Positions 20,032 to 29,319 of a stretch of DNA of 64,000 nt are shown in pieces. The DNA is taken from assembly GCA_963816145.1 (NCBI GenBank), contig CAWFJP010000009.1, positions 95,917-159,916 on the forward strand, in the 5' to 3' direction. The notes below the pieces were generated by a model that was given only the letters and a program-made list of their open reading frames with translations, was not told the origin of the DNA and searched no databases. Both the position numbers and the translations under genes were made by a program. Each line of letters begins with the position of its first letter. The stretch's first letter is position 1. Origin of the DNA: an uncultured delta proteobacterium (GTDB lineage: Bacteria > Desulfobacterota > Binatia > UBA9968).

Positions 20032-20871
20032 ATGCCGAAGGCGGATTTAGGCGATGTGACGATTTACTACGAAAGCCAGGGTGCCGGTGACACGGTCCTG
20101 CTCTGCCCGCCGTCCTGGTGGCCTTGCGATACTTGGAATGTCGGTGTGGTGCCGTTTCTTGCCAAGAAGTTTCGCACGATCATTTTCGACTGCCGCGGCA
20201 CCGGTAATTCCAGCAAGCCCGACCATGGCTACACCATCGAGCAGTTCGCCAAGGATTGCGCCGGCCTGTTGGAGTTTCTAAAAATTTCGCGTTGCCACGC
20301 CGCTGGTTTCGCGCTTGGCGGTCAGATCGCCCAAGCTCTGGCGATTCAGCGCCCCGATCTGGTCGCGACCTTGACCATTGCCGCTGCCGGTGCGGGGGCG
20401 AAGGCGACCGACGGCGGGCCGCGGGTGGTGCGAAATACCGACGAAGAGGAGATTCGCGAGCATGGCTTCGAGAAGTTCATCCGCGGCCATATCGAGAACA
20501 CCCATATGGCGTTCGACGACAAGTTCTTTGGGGCGCATCGGGACGTCGTCAAAGCCCTGTCCGATGCGTTGTGGAAACGGCAAACCAGTCCGGAACAGCA
20601 TCGCTATCATTTCGAGGCCCGGCGCACTTGGGATACTTTGGGCAACGCGCCCAAGGTGACGGTTCCGGCCTTGATCCTGTGCGGCGCCGGCGACGATGTG
20701 AACCGCGGCGGCAGTACGCCGGTGGGCACGGCGCGCAAGTTAGCCGAATTGGTTCCAGGTTGCGAGCTTGCATTGGTGCCCAACGTCAAGCATATGACCT
20801 TTTGGGATGGCGATGGGGCGCTGCACGCGCTAGAAGAATTTTTGTTGCGCCATTCGATCGGTGGCATTTAG
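20032..20871 (+). CDS. Alpha/beta-hydrolase-fold protein lacking the Ser nucleophile (paralog 2)
   Basis: PPSWWP, DCRGTGNS, HAAGFALGG, LCGAGDD, KHMTFW. Confidence 0.85.
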   Translation: MPKADLGDVTIYYESQGAGDTVLLCPPSWWPCDTWNVGVVPFLAKKFRTIIFDCRGTGNSSKPDHGYTIEQFAKDCAGLLEFLKISRCHAAGFALGGQIAQALAIQRPDLVATLTIAAAGAGAKATDGGPRVVRNTDEEEIREHGFEKFIRGHIENTHMAFDDKFFGAHRDVVKALSDALWKRQTSPEQHRYHFEARRTWDTLGNAPKVTVPALILCGAGDDVNRGGSTPVGTARKLAELVPGCELALVPNVKHMTFWDGDGALHALEEFLLRHSIGGI

Positions 20872-20934
20872 TTCCGGAAACCGTTGAACCTTGAAACCTT
20901 GAACTTTGAACCAGCGCGATTCAGGAGATTCAAA

Positions 20935-21985
20935 ATGAAGCAGACTCCAGATTATTGGGAACGGTTGTTTTGCTATTGCGGTGATCTTGTTGTTGACCAG
21001 CGCTGCCGGAGCTCAGCAGGACAAAGCCGCAATCGATAAGCTATACAATGCGGCGAAGAAAGAAGGCAGGGTGGTGATCTGGGGACCCACCGACGGGATT
21101 GTTTATGAGAAGATGCAGGAATTGCTCGACAAACAGTATCCGGGTATCAAGATCGAGTCCTTTGAGAGCATTCCCGAACCGCTGGTGCAGCGCATCATCG
21201 CCGAGAACCAGGCGGGCAAGCCGGCGGCGGTCGATATTATCCAGTCCGGCTCGCTGCGCGCGCTGCGGCCGTTGATCGATCGCGACCTGTTGGCGTCCTA
21301 TCCAGGGTGGGAAAAAGAATTTGGTTTAGACGCTGTGTACGCCAACCACCGATTCGTCGGCGCCTATAATCTAGCTCTACCGATCGCTTACAACTCAAAA
21401 GCAGTCAGCGCCAAGGACGCGCCGAAAAGCTGGGAAGATCTCGCCGAGGCGAAGTGGAAGGGCAAGAAAATAATTATCGAGGCCCGGTTGGTGCCGTTCG
21501 CCATGCTCGGCACGGAGTGGGGTAAGGAAAAGGCGATGGATTTGGTCAAAAGAATTCTTGCCCAGCAGCCGCTCATCGTGCAAGGCGGCACGACCGTCGC
21601 CAATGCGCTCGCCGGCGGTCAAGTGTCGATCGCCGTCGGCACCTATGCTTTTACGATCGAGGGCCTGAAAAAGCGCGGCGCATCGGTGGACTGGATCGGA
21701 CCTTCGCCGCTACCCGTGCTGACCTCGGCAGAGGGCGTTCTCAAGACCGCGCCCCATCCTAACGCAGGGCGTTTCTTTGCCGGTTGGATGGGCACCGCCG
21801 AGGCGCAGAAGATTCGCTACTCGATTCGAGGACAATCCATGGAGGTCGGGAAAAACGCCATCGGCAACGTGGCCGATCGGATCAGGAGCGAGAAACCGGC
21901 GGTCATCTTGGAAACCGAAAAGACTTTTGCCGGTATTTTGGAGATTCAACGAGAAATGGGCAAGTTGCTCGGCGCGCTCAGGTGA
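20935..21985 (+). CDS. AfuA/ThiB-type ABC substrate-binding protein (probable frameshift in the signal peptide)
   Basis: AAKKEGRVVIW, APKSWEDL, APHPNAGRFF; the AGGAG-ATG at 20935 is one base out of frame with the ORF annotated from 20981. Confidence 0.8.
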
Positions 21986-22163
21986 AAACGGCGTGATGCT
22001 AACCCGAGGATATTACTCGTCGCTAGCGGGTTCTTCGTGGACCTAAACCGTGGCGCGGGATCTTGCATGGGGCCGAGATTCTTTGCCGGCGGCTCAGACT
22101 GATACAAGAACGAGGAAGCCCGCCGCGACCGAGCCCGGCGACCATTAATCAATCGTATCGTCA

Positions 22164-23942
22164 ATGAATTTTACGCCCACCACGATCGCCGAGAGCGTGA
22201 AGCTGAGACCTTGGTCTTCGGTTGGGAAATTATCGTTTCGCGCCCTCACCCTCGGCTTGACGATCGGTGTCGTTTCTTATCTCGTTCTTGTGCCGCTGTT
22301 CATGTTGCTCTACGCCAGCGTCAAGAGCACCGAAGACAAGCTGCCTTTCGAGTCGACGGTCATCACGCTATCCAATTACGCCGCCGTGCTAACCAGCCCG
22401 GCGACGCTGCCGATTTTTCTCAACACGATGCTATTCACCGTGGGCTCTTTGGCGGTGGGCCTGCCGCTGGCGATCTTATTGGCTTGGTTATGCGAACGCA
22501 CGGCGATTCCTGGGCGCAGCTGGATTGCCGCATTGATACTGGTGCCGATGACGATCCCTTCGTTGCTTTCGGCGATCGCCTGGATCCAGCTGCTCGATCC
22601 ACGCAATGGGCTTATCAACGTTGTGCTCCGCGGTGTGTTCGGCGTGGCGTCGGACATCGGCCCTTTCGATATCTATACGATTTACGGTATGTGTTTTGTG
22701 CAGGGGCTGCGGCTGGTGCCGTCGGCCTATCTGATGATCGCGGCGTCGTTTCGCGCCATGGACCCGTCCTTGGAAGAGCAGAGCGCCATGGCCGGACGCG
22801 GAGTCGCCCAGACCACCATGCGCGTGACCTTGCCGATCATGCGGCCGGCGCTGCTCGCCGCGCTGATTTATTTCATTATCGTTGTCATCGAATCCTTCGA
22901 TATTCCCGGCCTGCTCGGTTTTACCGCGCGCATTCGCGTGCTCAGCACGGCAATTTATTGGGCGACCCATTCCGAAGTCGGGCTTCCCGATTACGGGTTG
23001 GCGTCGGCGCTCGGAACGATTATTCTTTTTGCGGCGCTGCTGCTCATGTGGGGCTATCAGCGCTTGACCGCGCATCAGGAGCGCTTCGCCACGATCACCG
23101 GCAAGGGCTATCGACCGCGTCAAGTCGCTCTCGGTATCTGGTCGGCGCCGGCCGCTGGCTTCTGCACAGTCTATGTCTTGATCGCGGTGTTATTGCCGTT
23201 TCTCATGTTGCTGTGGACCAGCGTGCAGCCGTTTTATTCCACCCCATCGGTGGATTCGCTGGCGCGAGTGAGCTTTGAAGGCTACGCCAATATCTGGAAT
23301 GACGGCAGTGTCGTGCGCGCCATCTGGAATACCGCGCAGCTTGCGGTGATTACTTCGGTAGCGACTATCGTGCTCGCTTTGCTGGTCAGTTGGTTCGTGG
23401 TGCGGCGCCGGCGCGGCGACAACGGCGTGGCCAATTATTTAGCGACGGTATCGTTTTTGCCGCAGTGCGTGCCGAGCATCGTCATCGGCTTGGCGTTTAT
23501 CTTCGTCTATGTGCGGTTCCCGATCCCAATCTACGGCACGCTGTGGATCATTGCTTTGGCGATGACCACGCGCTATCTCGCTTACAGTTCGCGGGCGACC
23601 ACTTCGGCGCTCATGCAGGTTCACGGCGAGCTCGAAGAGGCGTCGCAAATGGCCGGCGCGCCGTGGACGCGCACCATCCGGCGGATCACCGTGCCGCTTT
23701 TGGCTCCGGCATTGATCAATGTGTTTTTCTGGGTCGCGGTGCACGCGATGCAGGAGCTGTCGATGGCCTTGATGCTTTACAATCCGGACACGGTGGTGGT
23801 GTCGACGATGATCTGGAGCATGTGGCAGAACGGCCGAACCGCCGACGCGGCGGTGCTCGGGGTCCTGCTCACCCTGCTATCCGCGGTGTTGCTGCTTGGC
23901 GGCTACCTGGTTTCGCGCTTGCGGCGGCAAGCGGATACCTGA
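22164..23942 (+). CDS. Fe3+/thiamine-type ABC permease with two BPD modules (FbpB/ThiP-like)
   Basis: 592 aa; two EAA-type loops, MDPSLEEQSAMAG and ELEEASQMAGA. Confidence 0.9.
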   Translation: MNFTPTTIAESVKLRPWSSVGKLSFRALTLGLTIGVVSYLVLVPLFMLLYASVKSTEDKLPFESTVITLSNYAAVLTSPATLPIFLNTMLFTVGSLAVGLPLAILLAWLCERTAIPGRSWIAALILVPMTIPSLLSAIAWIQLLDPRNGLINVVLRGVFGVASDIGPFDIYTIYGMCFVQGLRLVPSAYLMIAASFRAMDPSLEEQSAMAGRGVAQTTMRVTLPIMRPALLAALIYFIIVVIESFDIPGLLGFTARIRVLSTAIYWATHSEVGLPDYGLASALGTIILFAALLLMWGYQRLTAHQERFATITGKGYRPRQVALGIWSAPAAGFCTVYVLIAVLLPFLMLLWTSVQPFYSTPSVDSLARVSFEGYANIWNDGSVVRAIWNTAQLAVITSVATIVLALLVSWFVVRRRRGDNGVANYLATVSFLPQCVPSIVIGLAFIFVYVRFPIPIYGTLWIIALAMTTRYLAYSSRATTSALMQVHGELEEASQMAGAPWTRTIRRITVPLLAPALINVFFWVAVHAMQELSMALMLYNPDTVVVSTMIWSMWQNGRTADAAVLGVLLTLLSAVLLLGGYLVSRLRRQADT

Positions 23943-24054
23943 CGTGATTCGATCGAGTGGGACTGGGGAAATCGCGTTCGTAATCGTGGACGTGTTGGCG
24001 TTGAACATGCTCATGTGACAGGAACTTGATTCCCAACTGAAGCTAGGATCGATT

Positions 24055-25149
24055 GTGATAATCGTTAAAGACTTGGTCAAATCCTTCCCCGGCGCGAAGG
24101 GTGAGGTGCGCGCCCTCAACGGCGTCTCTTTCGCAGTTGGCAAGGGCGAATTGTTTACGCTCCTCGGACCAAGCGGCTGCGGTAAAACGACGACGCTACG
24201 CTGCATCGCCGGGCTCGAACAACCGGTAGCCGGCGAGATCGTAATCAACGACCGCGCCGTGTATCGCGCCGCTGACGGCACCTTTGTGCCGCCGGAGCGA
24301 CGCGAGATCGGCATGGTGTTCCAATCCTATGCGATCTGGCCGCATATGACCGTGTTTAAAAACGTCGCTTATCCGCTGGCGGGCGGCAACGGCCGCGATG
24401 ACGTCAACCAGCGCGTCGGCGCTGTACTCGAACGGCTGAGCCTGGGAAGTTTAGCCGACCGGCTGGCGCCCAATCTGAGCGGCGGCCAACAACAGCGCGT
24501 CGCCCTGGCGCGGGCGCTCGTGGCGCAGCCCCAGGTGCTGCTGCTCGACGAACCGCTTAGCAACCTCGACGCCAAATTGCGCGAGCAGATGCGCTTCGAA
24601 TTGAAGTCGTTGCAAGAGTCCTTCGGCATTACCACGGTGTACGTAACCCACGATCAGGAAGAAGCGCTGGCATTGTCCGATCGCATCGGGCTGATGCATG
24701 AGGGCGCGCTCTTGGAAGTCGGCAGCCCGAGCGACCTCTATATCCGTCCGGCACACCGGATCACCGCCGACTTTCTTGGCACGGCGAATTTTATCGCCGC
24801 TCAGGTCGAAAAGCCGGGAAGCGAGGCTTGGGATGAAATGTTGATTGCGACGCCGATGGGCAAATTCGCCGCGCGGCGCAGTGTCGAATGGCAGCCAGGC
24901 ATGGCGGCGGAGCTGTTTTTTCGACCGGAGAGCATCGAGCTGTTGGATGGCAATAGGTCCGGCGGGGAGGCGAATTGCGGTTTAGCCCAGGTTGAGCGCG
25001 TGACTTTTCTCGGCAACTCGGCGGATGTGATATTGCGCAGCGGCGAAGTGCGCATTCGCTTGCGCGCCCATCCGGCGCGGATTCCCAGCGTCGGTACGAA
25101 GGTGAGCTTTTCAGTTCCGGCGGAGTCGTGCATCGTGTTTCCGGCGTGA
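24055..25149 (+). CDS. ABC ATP-binding protein (FbpC/PotA-like, with TOBE domain)
   Basis: GPSGCGKTT, LSGGQQQRVALARAL, LLLDEPLSNLD, VTHDQEEA. Confidence 0.93.
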   Translation: MIIVKDLVKSFPGAKGEVRALNGVSFAVGKGELFTLLGPSGCGKTTTLRCIAGLEQPVAGEIVINDRAVYRAADGTFVPPERREIGMVFQSYAIWPHMTVFKNVAYPLAGGNGRDDVNQRVGAVLERLSLGSLADRLAPNLSGGQQQRVALARALVAQPQVLLLDEPLSNLDAKLREQMRFELKSLQESFGITTVYVTHDQEEALALSDRIGLMHEGALLEVGSPSDLYIRPAHRITADFLGTANFIAAQVEKPGSEAWDEMLIATPMGKFAARRSVEWQPGMAAELFFRPESIELLDGNRSGGEANCGLAQVERVTFLGNSADVILRSGEVRIRLRAHPARIPSVGTKVSFSVPAESCIVFPA

Positions 25150-25206
25150 GATGTAAATCTTTTTCCTCGCCCAGTCCGATGGAATCGGGAAGCGCGAGTG
25201 ATCATA

Positions 25207-25229
25207 TAGGGGCGACCGGCGGTCGCCCT
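25207..25229. repeat. GTAG-type REP hairpin
   Basis: taggggcgaccggcggtcgccct, near-identical to the reverse complement of 19823-19847. Confidence 0.65.
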
Positions 25230-25273
25230 CTTTGGGCTTGTTTGGACTAGGAGATCTTGATGAGGAATGGATC

Positions 25274-26221
25274 ATGAACAATGCAGCTGTTTCAATAAAC
25301 AACCATCAGGCCAATCGAATCGAATGGCAGCTTTACACAAAGATGTTGACCACCCGCGTTTTCGAAGAAGCGCTGGTGCGTTGGGAACATGAGGGGAAAC
25401 ACTCGGCGCAGACCTTTCCGAGCAAGGGACAAGAAGCGATCGCCATCGGCACTTGCCTGGCCTTGGAAAGAGGCGACGACGTGCTGCCATCGTTTCGCAC
25501 CCGCGGCGCGATGATCGCCATGGGAATCAGTCTCGATGAGCAGCTCCGCGAGTTTCTACACACGCCGCTAGCTGCCGGCGATTCGCGCGACGCGCCGCAT
25601 CATGCGTCATGGCCGGAACGCGGCGTGCTGCCCGGTTCGACCATGATCGGCGGCCATCTGGCGATGGCCGCGGGTGTCGCGCTGGCCAATCAATGCGATC
25701 GCGCCAATAACGTCAGCGTGGCCTTCTTCGGTGATGGCACTTTGGGTTCCGGCGACCTGCATGAGACCATGCATATCGCCGGCGCCTGGAATCTGCCATT
25801 GATCCTGGTCTGCGAGAACAACGGTTGGGAGATGGCGACGCCCTGGCCCAAGGTGCGCAAGCAGCGTTCGTTAATCCCCTATGCCGCGCCTTTCGGCCTC
25901 GCGACCCGTCAGGTCGACGGCAACGATGCTTTGGACGTCTATCACGCGGCGCGCTGGGCGCGTTCGACGGCATTGAAGGGCCAGCCGGCGTTTCTCGATT
26001 GTCTGACTTTTCGCGTCGGCTTGTATAGCTCGCATTTCGGCGAAGTTCGGACCGGCATCGAGAACGATTTAGCCGACGCGGCCAAACGCGACCCGTTGAA
26101 GCGCTTAGGCGATTGGCTGATCGACAACGGGCTGGCGACGGCAGGTGCACTCGAGCAGTTGCAGCACGATGAAGAGCAGCTGGTTGAAGCGGCATTCAAT
26201 ATCGTTAGGGGTGAAGGGTAA
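25274..26221 (+). CDS. ThDP-dependent dehydrogenase E1 alpha-like subunit
   Basis: GQEAIA and the ThDP motif FFGDG...VCENN; VDGND and RDPL. Confidence 0.85.
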   Translation: MNNAAVSINNHQANRIEWQLYTKMLTTRVFEEALVRWEHEGKHSAQTFPSKGQEAIAIGTCLALERGDDVLPSFRTRGAMIAMGISLDEQLREFLHTPLAAGDSRDAPHHASWPERGVLPGSTMIGGHLAMAAGVALANQCDRANNVSVAFFGDGTLGSGDLHETMHIAGAWNLPLILVCENNGWEMATPWPKVRKQRSLIPYAAPFGLATRQVDGNDALDVYHAARWARSTALKGQPAFLDCLTFRVGLYSSHFGEVRTGIENDLADAAKRDPLKRLGDWLIDNGLATAGALEQLQHDEEQLVEAAFNIVRGEG

Positions 26222-26291
26222 AGGGTCAGGCGTCCTGAATCCGGAATCGCCTAACCCCCTGACACCTTACCCCTTACGGGTTCATGGAGCG

Positions 26292-27251
26292 ATGAAGATG
26301 TCCACAATGAATTACCGCGATGCGGTCGGCAAAGCACTACAAGATTCGATGCGCGAAGATAGCCGGCTGATCGTCATCGGCCAGAATCTCGCGGCTCATG
26401 CTCTGAAGCCGCTGGCTGAGACATATGGATTGGATCGGGTGCGCGATTCGGCGATAAGCGAGAGCGCTATGGTCGGCATGGCGGTGGGCGCGGCGATGAA
26501 GGGAATGAAGGCGGTGGTGATGATCGCCTACGCCGACATCGCCTCGGTTTGCCATATGGCGATCGTCCAGAGCGCGGCGAAGCTGCACTATTTAACCAAT
26601 GGCCGCTTGCGCTGTCCGATCATTATTCGTTTGCCGATCGCGCGCTTTCGCGGTCATGGCCCGGAGGGCAACGAGGTCGGCGCGTCGTGGTTCTATAACG
26701 TGCCAGATTTGAATATCGCCATGCCCGGTTCGGCAAGTGAAGCGTACTGGAGCTTTCGCGACGCTCTGACCCGGCCGACGCCGACGTTGTTTTTCGAGGA
26801 TCGCTCGATCCATTTGCGCAGCGGCGCGGTGGCGGAAACCAACCCTGGCGGCAAAGCGCAAATCACCCGCACTGGCGACAAGTTGACGATCGTCGCCGCC
26901 GGCCGCACCGCGGCGCTGGCCGAAGACGCCGCCGACGAATTGGCGAAACAAGGCGAGCGTGACGCGGTCGAGGTGGTCAGCTTGGGATTTATCAAGCCGT
27001 TGGATAGCGACACGGTGCTCAAGGCCGCGAGCAAGACCGGTCGCGTCTTGATCATCCAGGACGAACCCGAATGGGCCGGCTATGCGCCCTATGTGCGTTT
27101 CGTGCTCGACCGCTTGCCGGCGGGTAAACTCGCGCTCGCGCCCCGTTTGTTGGTCGGCGTCGATCAGTATTTGCCCTATTGGGATGAGCGGCCGTTCGTG
27201 CCGTCGCTGGATAGCGTCGTCGCTGCGGCGAAGGATTTACTAAAACAATAA
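26292..27251 (+). CDS. ThDP-dependent dehydrogenase E1 beta-like subunit
   Basis: RVRDSAISESAMVGMAVGAA, PTLFFE, IKPLD, KTGRVLI. Confidence 0.85.
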   Translation: MKMSTMNYRDAVGKALQDSMREDSRLIVIGQNLAAHALKPLAETYGLDRVRDSAISESAMVGMAVGAAMKGMKAVVMIAYADIASVCHMAIVQSAAKLHYLTNGRLRCPIIIRLPIARFRGHGPEGNEVGASWFYNVPDLNIAMPGSASEAYWSFRDALTRPTPTLFFEDRSIHLRSGAVAETNPGGKAQITRTGDKLTIVAAGRTAALAEDAADELAKQGERDAVEVVSLGFIKPLDSDTVLKAASKTGRVLIIQDEPEWAGYAPYVRFVLDRLPAGKLALAPRLLVGVDQYLPYWDERPFVPSLDSVVAAAKDLLKQ

Positions 27252-27271
27252 CGACGACTGCGGGTGCAAAG

Positions 27272-28291
27272 ATGTCGATGAAAATTCAATCCCTCGCACT
27301 GGTCTTTCTTTTGACAAAGGTATCTCTGGCGTTGGGTCAGGTTGCCAATCCGGATCTCCTCGCCCAAGCCAAAAAGGAAGGGCGCGTCACCTGGTACACG
27401 ACCGTGTCGATCCCGGAGAGCAAGCTATTTATCGACATGTTCGAGAGGCAATATCCGTTCATCAAGGTCGATTTGTTGCGGTCAGGGGCGGGGGCGTTGA
27501 TCAATCGCGTCACCAGCGAATACGCGGCACGGAATTATTCCGCCGATGTGCTGCAAGGATTGTCGAGCCGCGGCGGGCTCAGCTTACTCAAAAAAAGAGA
27601 AATCCTTGGCCGCTATGTATCACCGGAGTTCAAAAATTTTCCTGCCGAGTTTAGCGACAAAGCGGGCTATTGGGGGTCAACCTTTCAAAACACCTTCGTG
27701 CTTGCCTACAACAAGCGCAACGTCAAACCGGACGACGTGCCGAAAATCTACGAAGATCTGTTGAAACCGATATGGAAAGGCCGGCAAATCATCAACGACA
27801 CGGATAATTTTGAATGGTTCGACGGCTTGTTGCGTTTCTGGGGAAAGGACAAAGGGCTCGCCTACTTCCGCCGCCTGGCGGCGCAGGATCAGATATTTCA
27901 GCGCGGCGCGCGCGGGCGCATCCAACTGGTCGCAGCAGGCGAAGCGCCTTTGGCGATCGGCTACGGACCTCACGCCCAAAGCTTCGTCAACCAAGGCGCG
28001 CCCATCGAGTGGGTTGCGCTTGAACCGGTGGTTGTGATCATCAGCACGACCAGCATCGCGGCGCGCGCTCCCCATCCGGCCGCCGCGCGGCTGTTCTACG
28101 ATTTTCTGTTTTCAAGAAGCGCGCAACTGAAACTGCGGGAACTCAGCCGAATTCCGACGCGCAGCGATGTCGACGCCGATCCGCCACGTCTTAACAAAGG
28201 CTTCAAGAAGGTCGTGCAGGATTTGGAGAATGAAAATATGGCCGAGTCGATCAAATTGTTTCAGCAGGTATTCGGTTTGGCGCCGGGCTGA
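27272..28291 (+). CDS. AfuA/ThiB-type ABC substrate-binding protein
   Basis: AKKEGRVTWYT, LAYNK, PKIYEDLLKPIWKG, APHPAAARLF. Confidence 0.87.
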   Translation: MSMKIQSLALVFLLTKVSLALGQVANPDLLAQAKKEGRVTWYTTVSIPESKLFIDMFERQYPFIKVDLLRSGAGALINRVTSEYAARNYSADVLQGLSSRGGLSLLKKREILGRYVSPEFKNFPAEFSDKAGYWGSTFQNTFVLAYNKRNVKPDDVPKIYEDLLKPIWKGRQIINDTDNFEWFDGLLRFWGKDKGLAYFRRLAAQDQIFQRGARGRIQLVAAGEAPLAIGYGPHAQSFVNQGAPIEWVALEPVVVIISTTSIAARAPHPAAARLFYDFLFSRSAQLKLRELSRIPTRSDVDADPPRLNKGFKKVVQDLENENMAESIKLFQQVFGLAPG

Positions 28292-28376
28292 TTCCCAATG
28301 GGTTCCAACCGTTCCAATCGTTCCAGAGGTTCCAATCGTCGAGTTCCCGGGCTACCAGAGGTTTGAGAGTCGATTC

Positions 28377-29216
28377 ATGCCAACTGTCAAGCTGAACGGT
28401 GTCGAGATTTACTATGAAACTCAGGGGCGCGGCGAACCGGTTCTTCTGGTGCCGCCCAATTGGTGGCCTTGCGCGACTTGGAAGGTTACCGTGGTGCCGG
28501 TGTTGTCCAAGCGATTTCGCACGATCATTTACGACGGCCGCGGTACCGGCCGGAGCGCGCAGCCAAAGGATGGCTACAATGTCCGGCAGTTCGCGTTGGA
28601 CGGCATCGAGTTGTTGCAGCAGTTGGGCGTTAGTCGTTGTCACCTCGTTGGATTTGCCATCGGCGGCCAGATCGTTCAGGCGATGGCGATCGAGCGGCCG
28701 GAGTTGGTCGCGAGTCTGACGATTTCCACCACCGGACCGGGAGTGCGCCGGCTCGATGGCACGCTGCGCGAAGTGGGACCGGAAGCGCTGCATGAGATCA
28801 ACAAGATCGGCTTCGAGAAATACATCCTCGAGCATATCGATAACGATCATATGGCCTACAACCCCGAGTTTTATACCAGCCATCGTCGACAGGCCGCAGA
28901 GTTGGCGCGGGCGCTTTGGTCGGGGCAAAGCACGGTGGAGCAGTATCGCATTCACGAACTGGCGCGGCTGACTTGGGACACGTTGGCGGAAGCGCCGAAG
29001 GTAAACGTGCCGACCTTGGTTCTTTGCGGCGCAGATGACGGCGTCGAGCGGCGCGGCAGCACCCCGGAGGCGACGGCGCGGCGACTGGCGCCGTTGATTC
29101 CCGGCGCTGAATTGGCTTTGATCCCCGGCGTCAGGCATATGACGTTTTGGGATGGCGATGGAGCGTTGAAAGCGTTGCAGGAGTTCTTAGAGCGTCATGC
29201 GATTGGCGCTAAATAG
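28377..29216 (+). CDS. Alpha/beta-hydrolase-fold protein lacking the Ser nucleophile (paralog 3)
   Basis: PPNWWP, DGRGTGRS, HLVGFAIGG, LCGADD, RHMTFW. Confidence 0.85.
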   Translation: MPTVKLNGVEIYYETQGRGEPVLLVPPNWWPCATWKVTVVPVLSKRFRTIIYDGRGTGRSAQPKDGYNVRQFALDGIELLQQLGVSRCHLVGFAIGGQIVQAMAIERPELVASLTISTTGPGVRRLDGTLREVGPEALHEINKIGFEKYILEHIDNDHMAYNPEFYTSHRRQAAELARALWSGQSTVEQYRIHELARLTWDTLAEAPKVNVPTLVLCGADDGVERRGSTPEATARRLAPLIPGAELALIPGVRHMTFWDGDGALKALQEFLERHAIGAK

Positions 29217-29230
29217 ATTGGCAGACTTGT

Positions 29231-29311
29231 TTCACCACGAAGACACGAAGCACACGAAGTTTTCGGCGAATATCAATTCTGAACTTCGTGCTCGTCGTGC
29301 CTTCGTGGTGA
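29231..29311. repeat. CACGAAG/CTTCGTG tandem-unit palindrome between convergent genes
   Basis: ttcaccacgaagacacgaagcacacgaag ... cttcgtgctcgtcgtgccttcgtggtga. Confidence 0.75.
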
Positions 29312-29319
29312 GATGCTCC

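Noticed and set aside
18138-29216. Thiamine salvage operon (TenA plus ThiBPQ-like transporter)
   Set aside because: The HDO has CADD-type metal ligands rather than a recognisable TenA site, and no TPP riboswitch or thi genes were seen; not fully excluded
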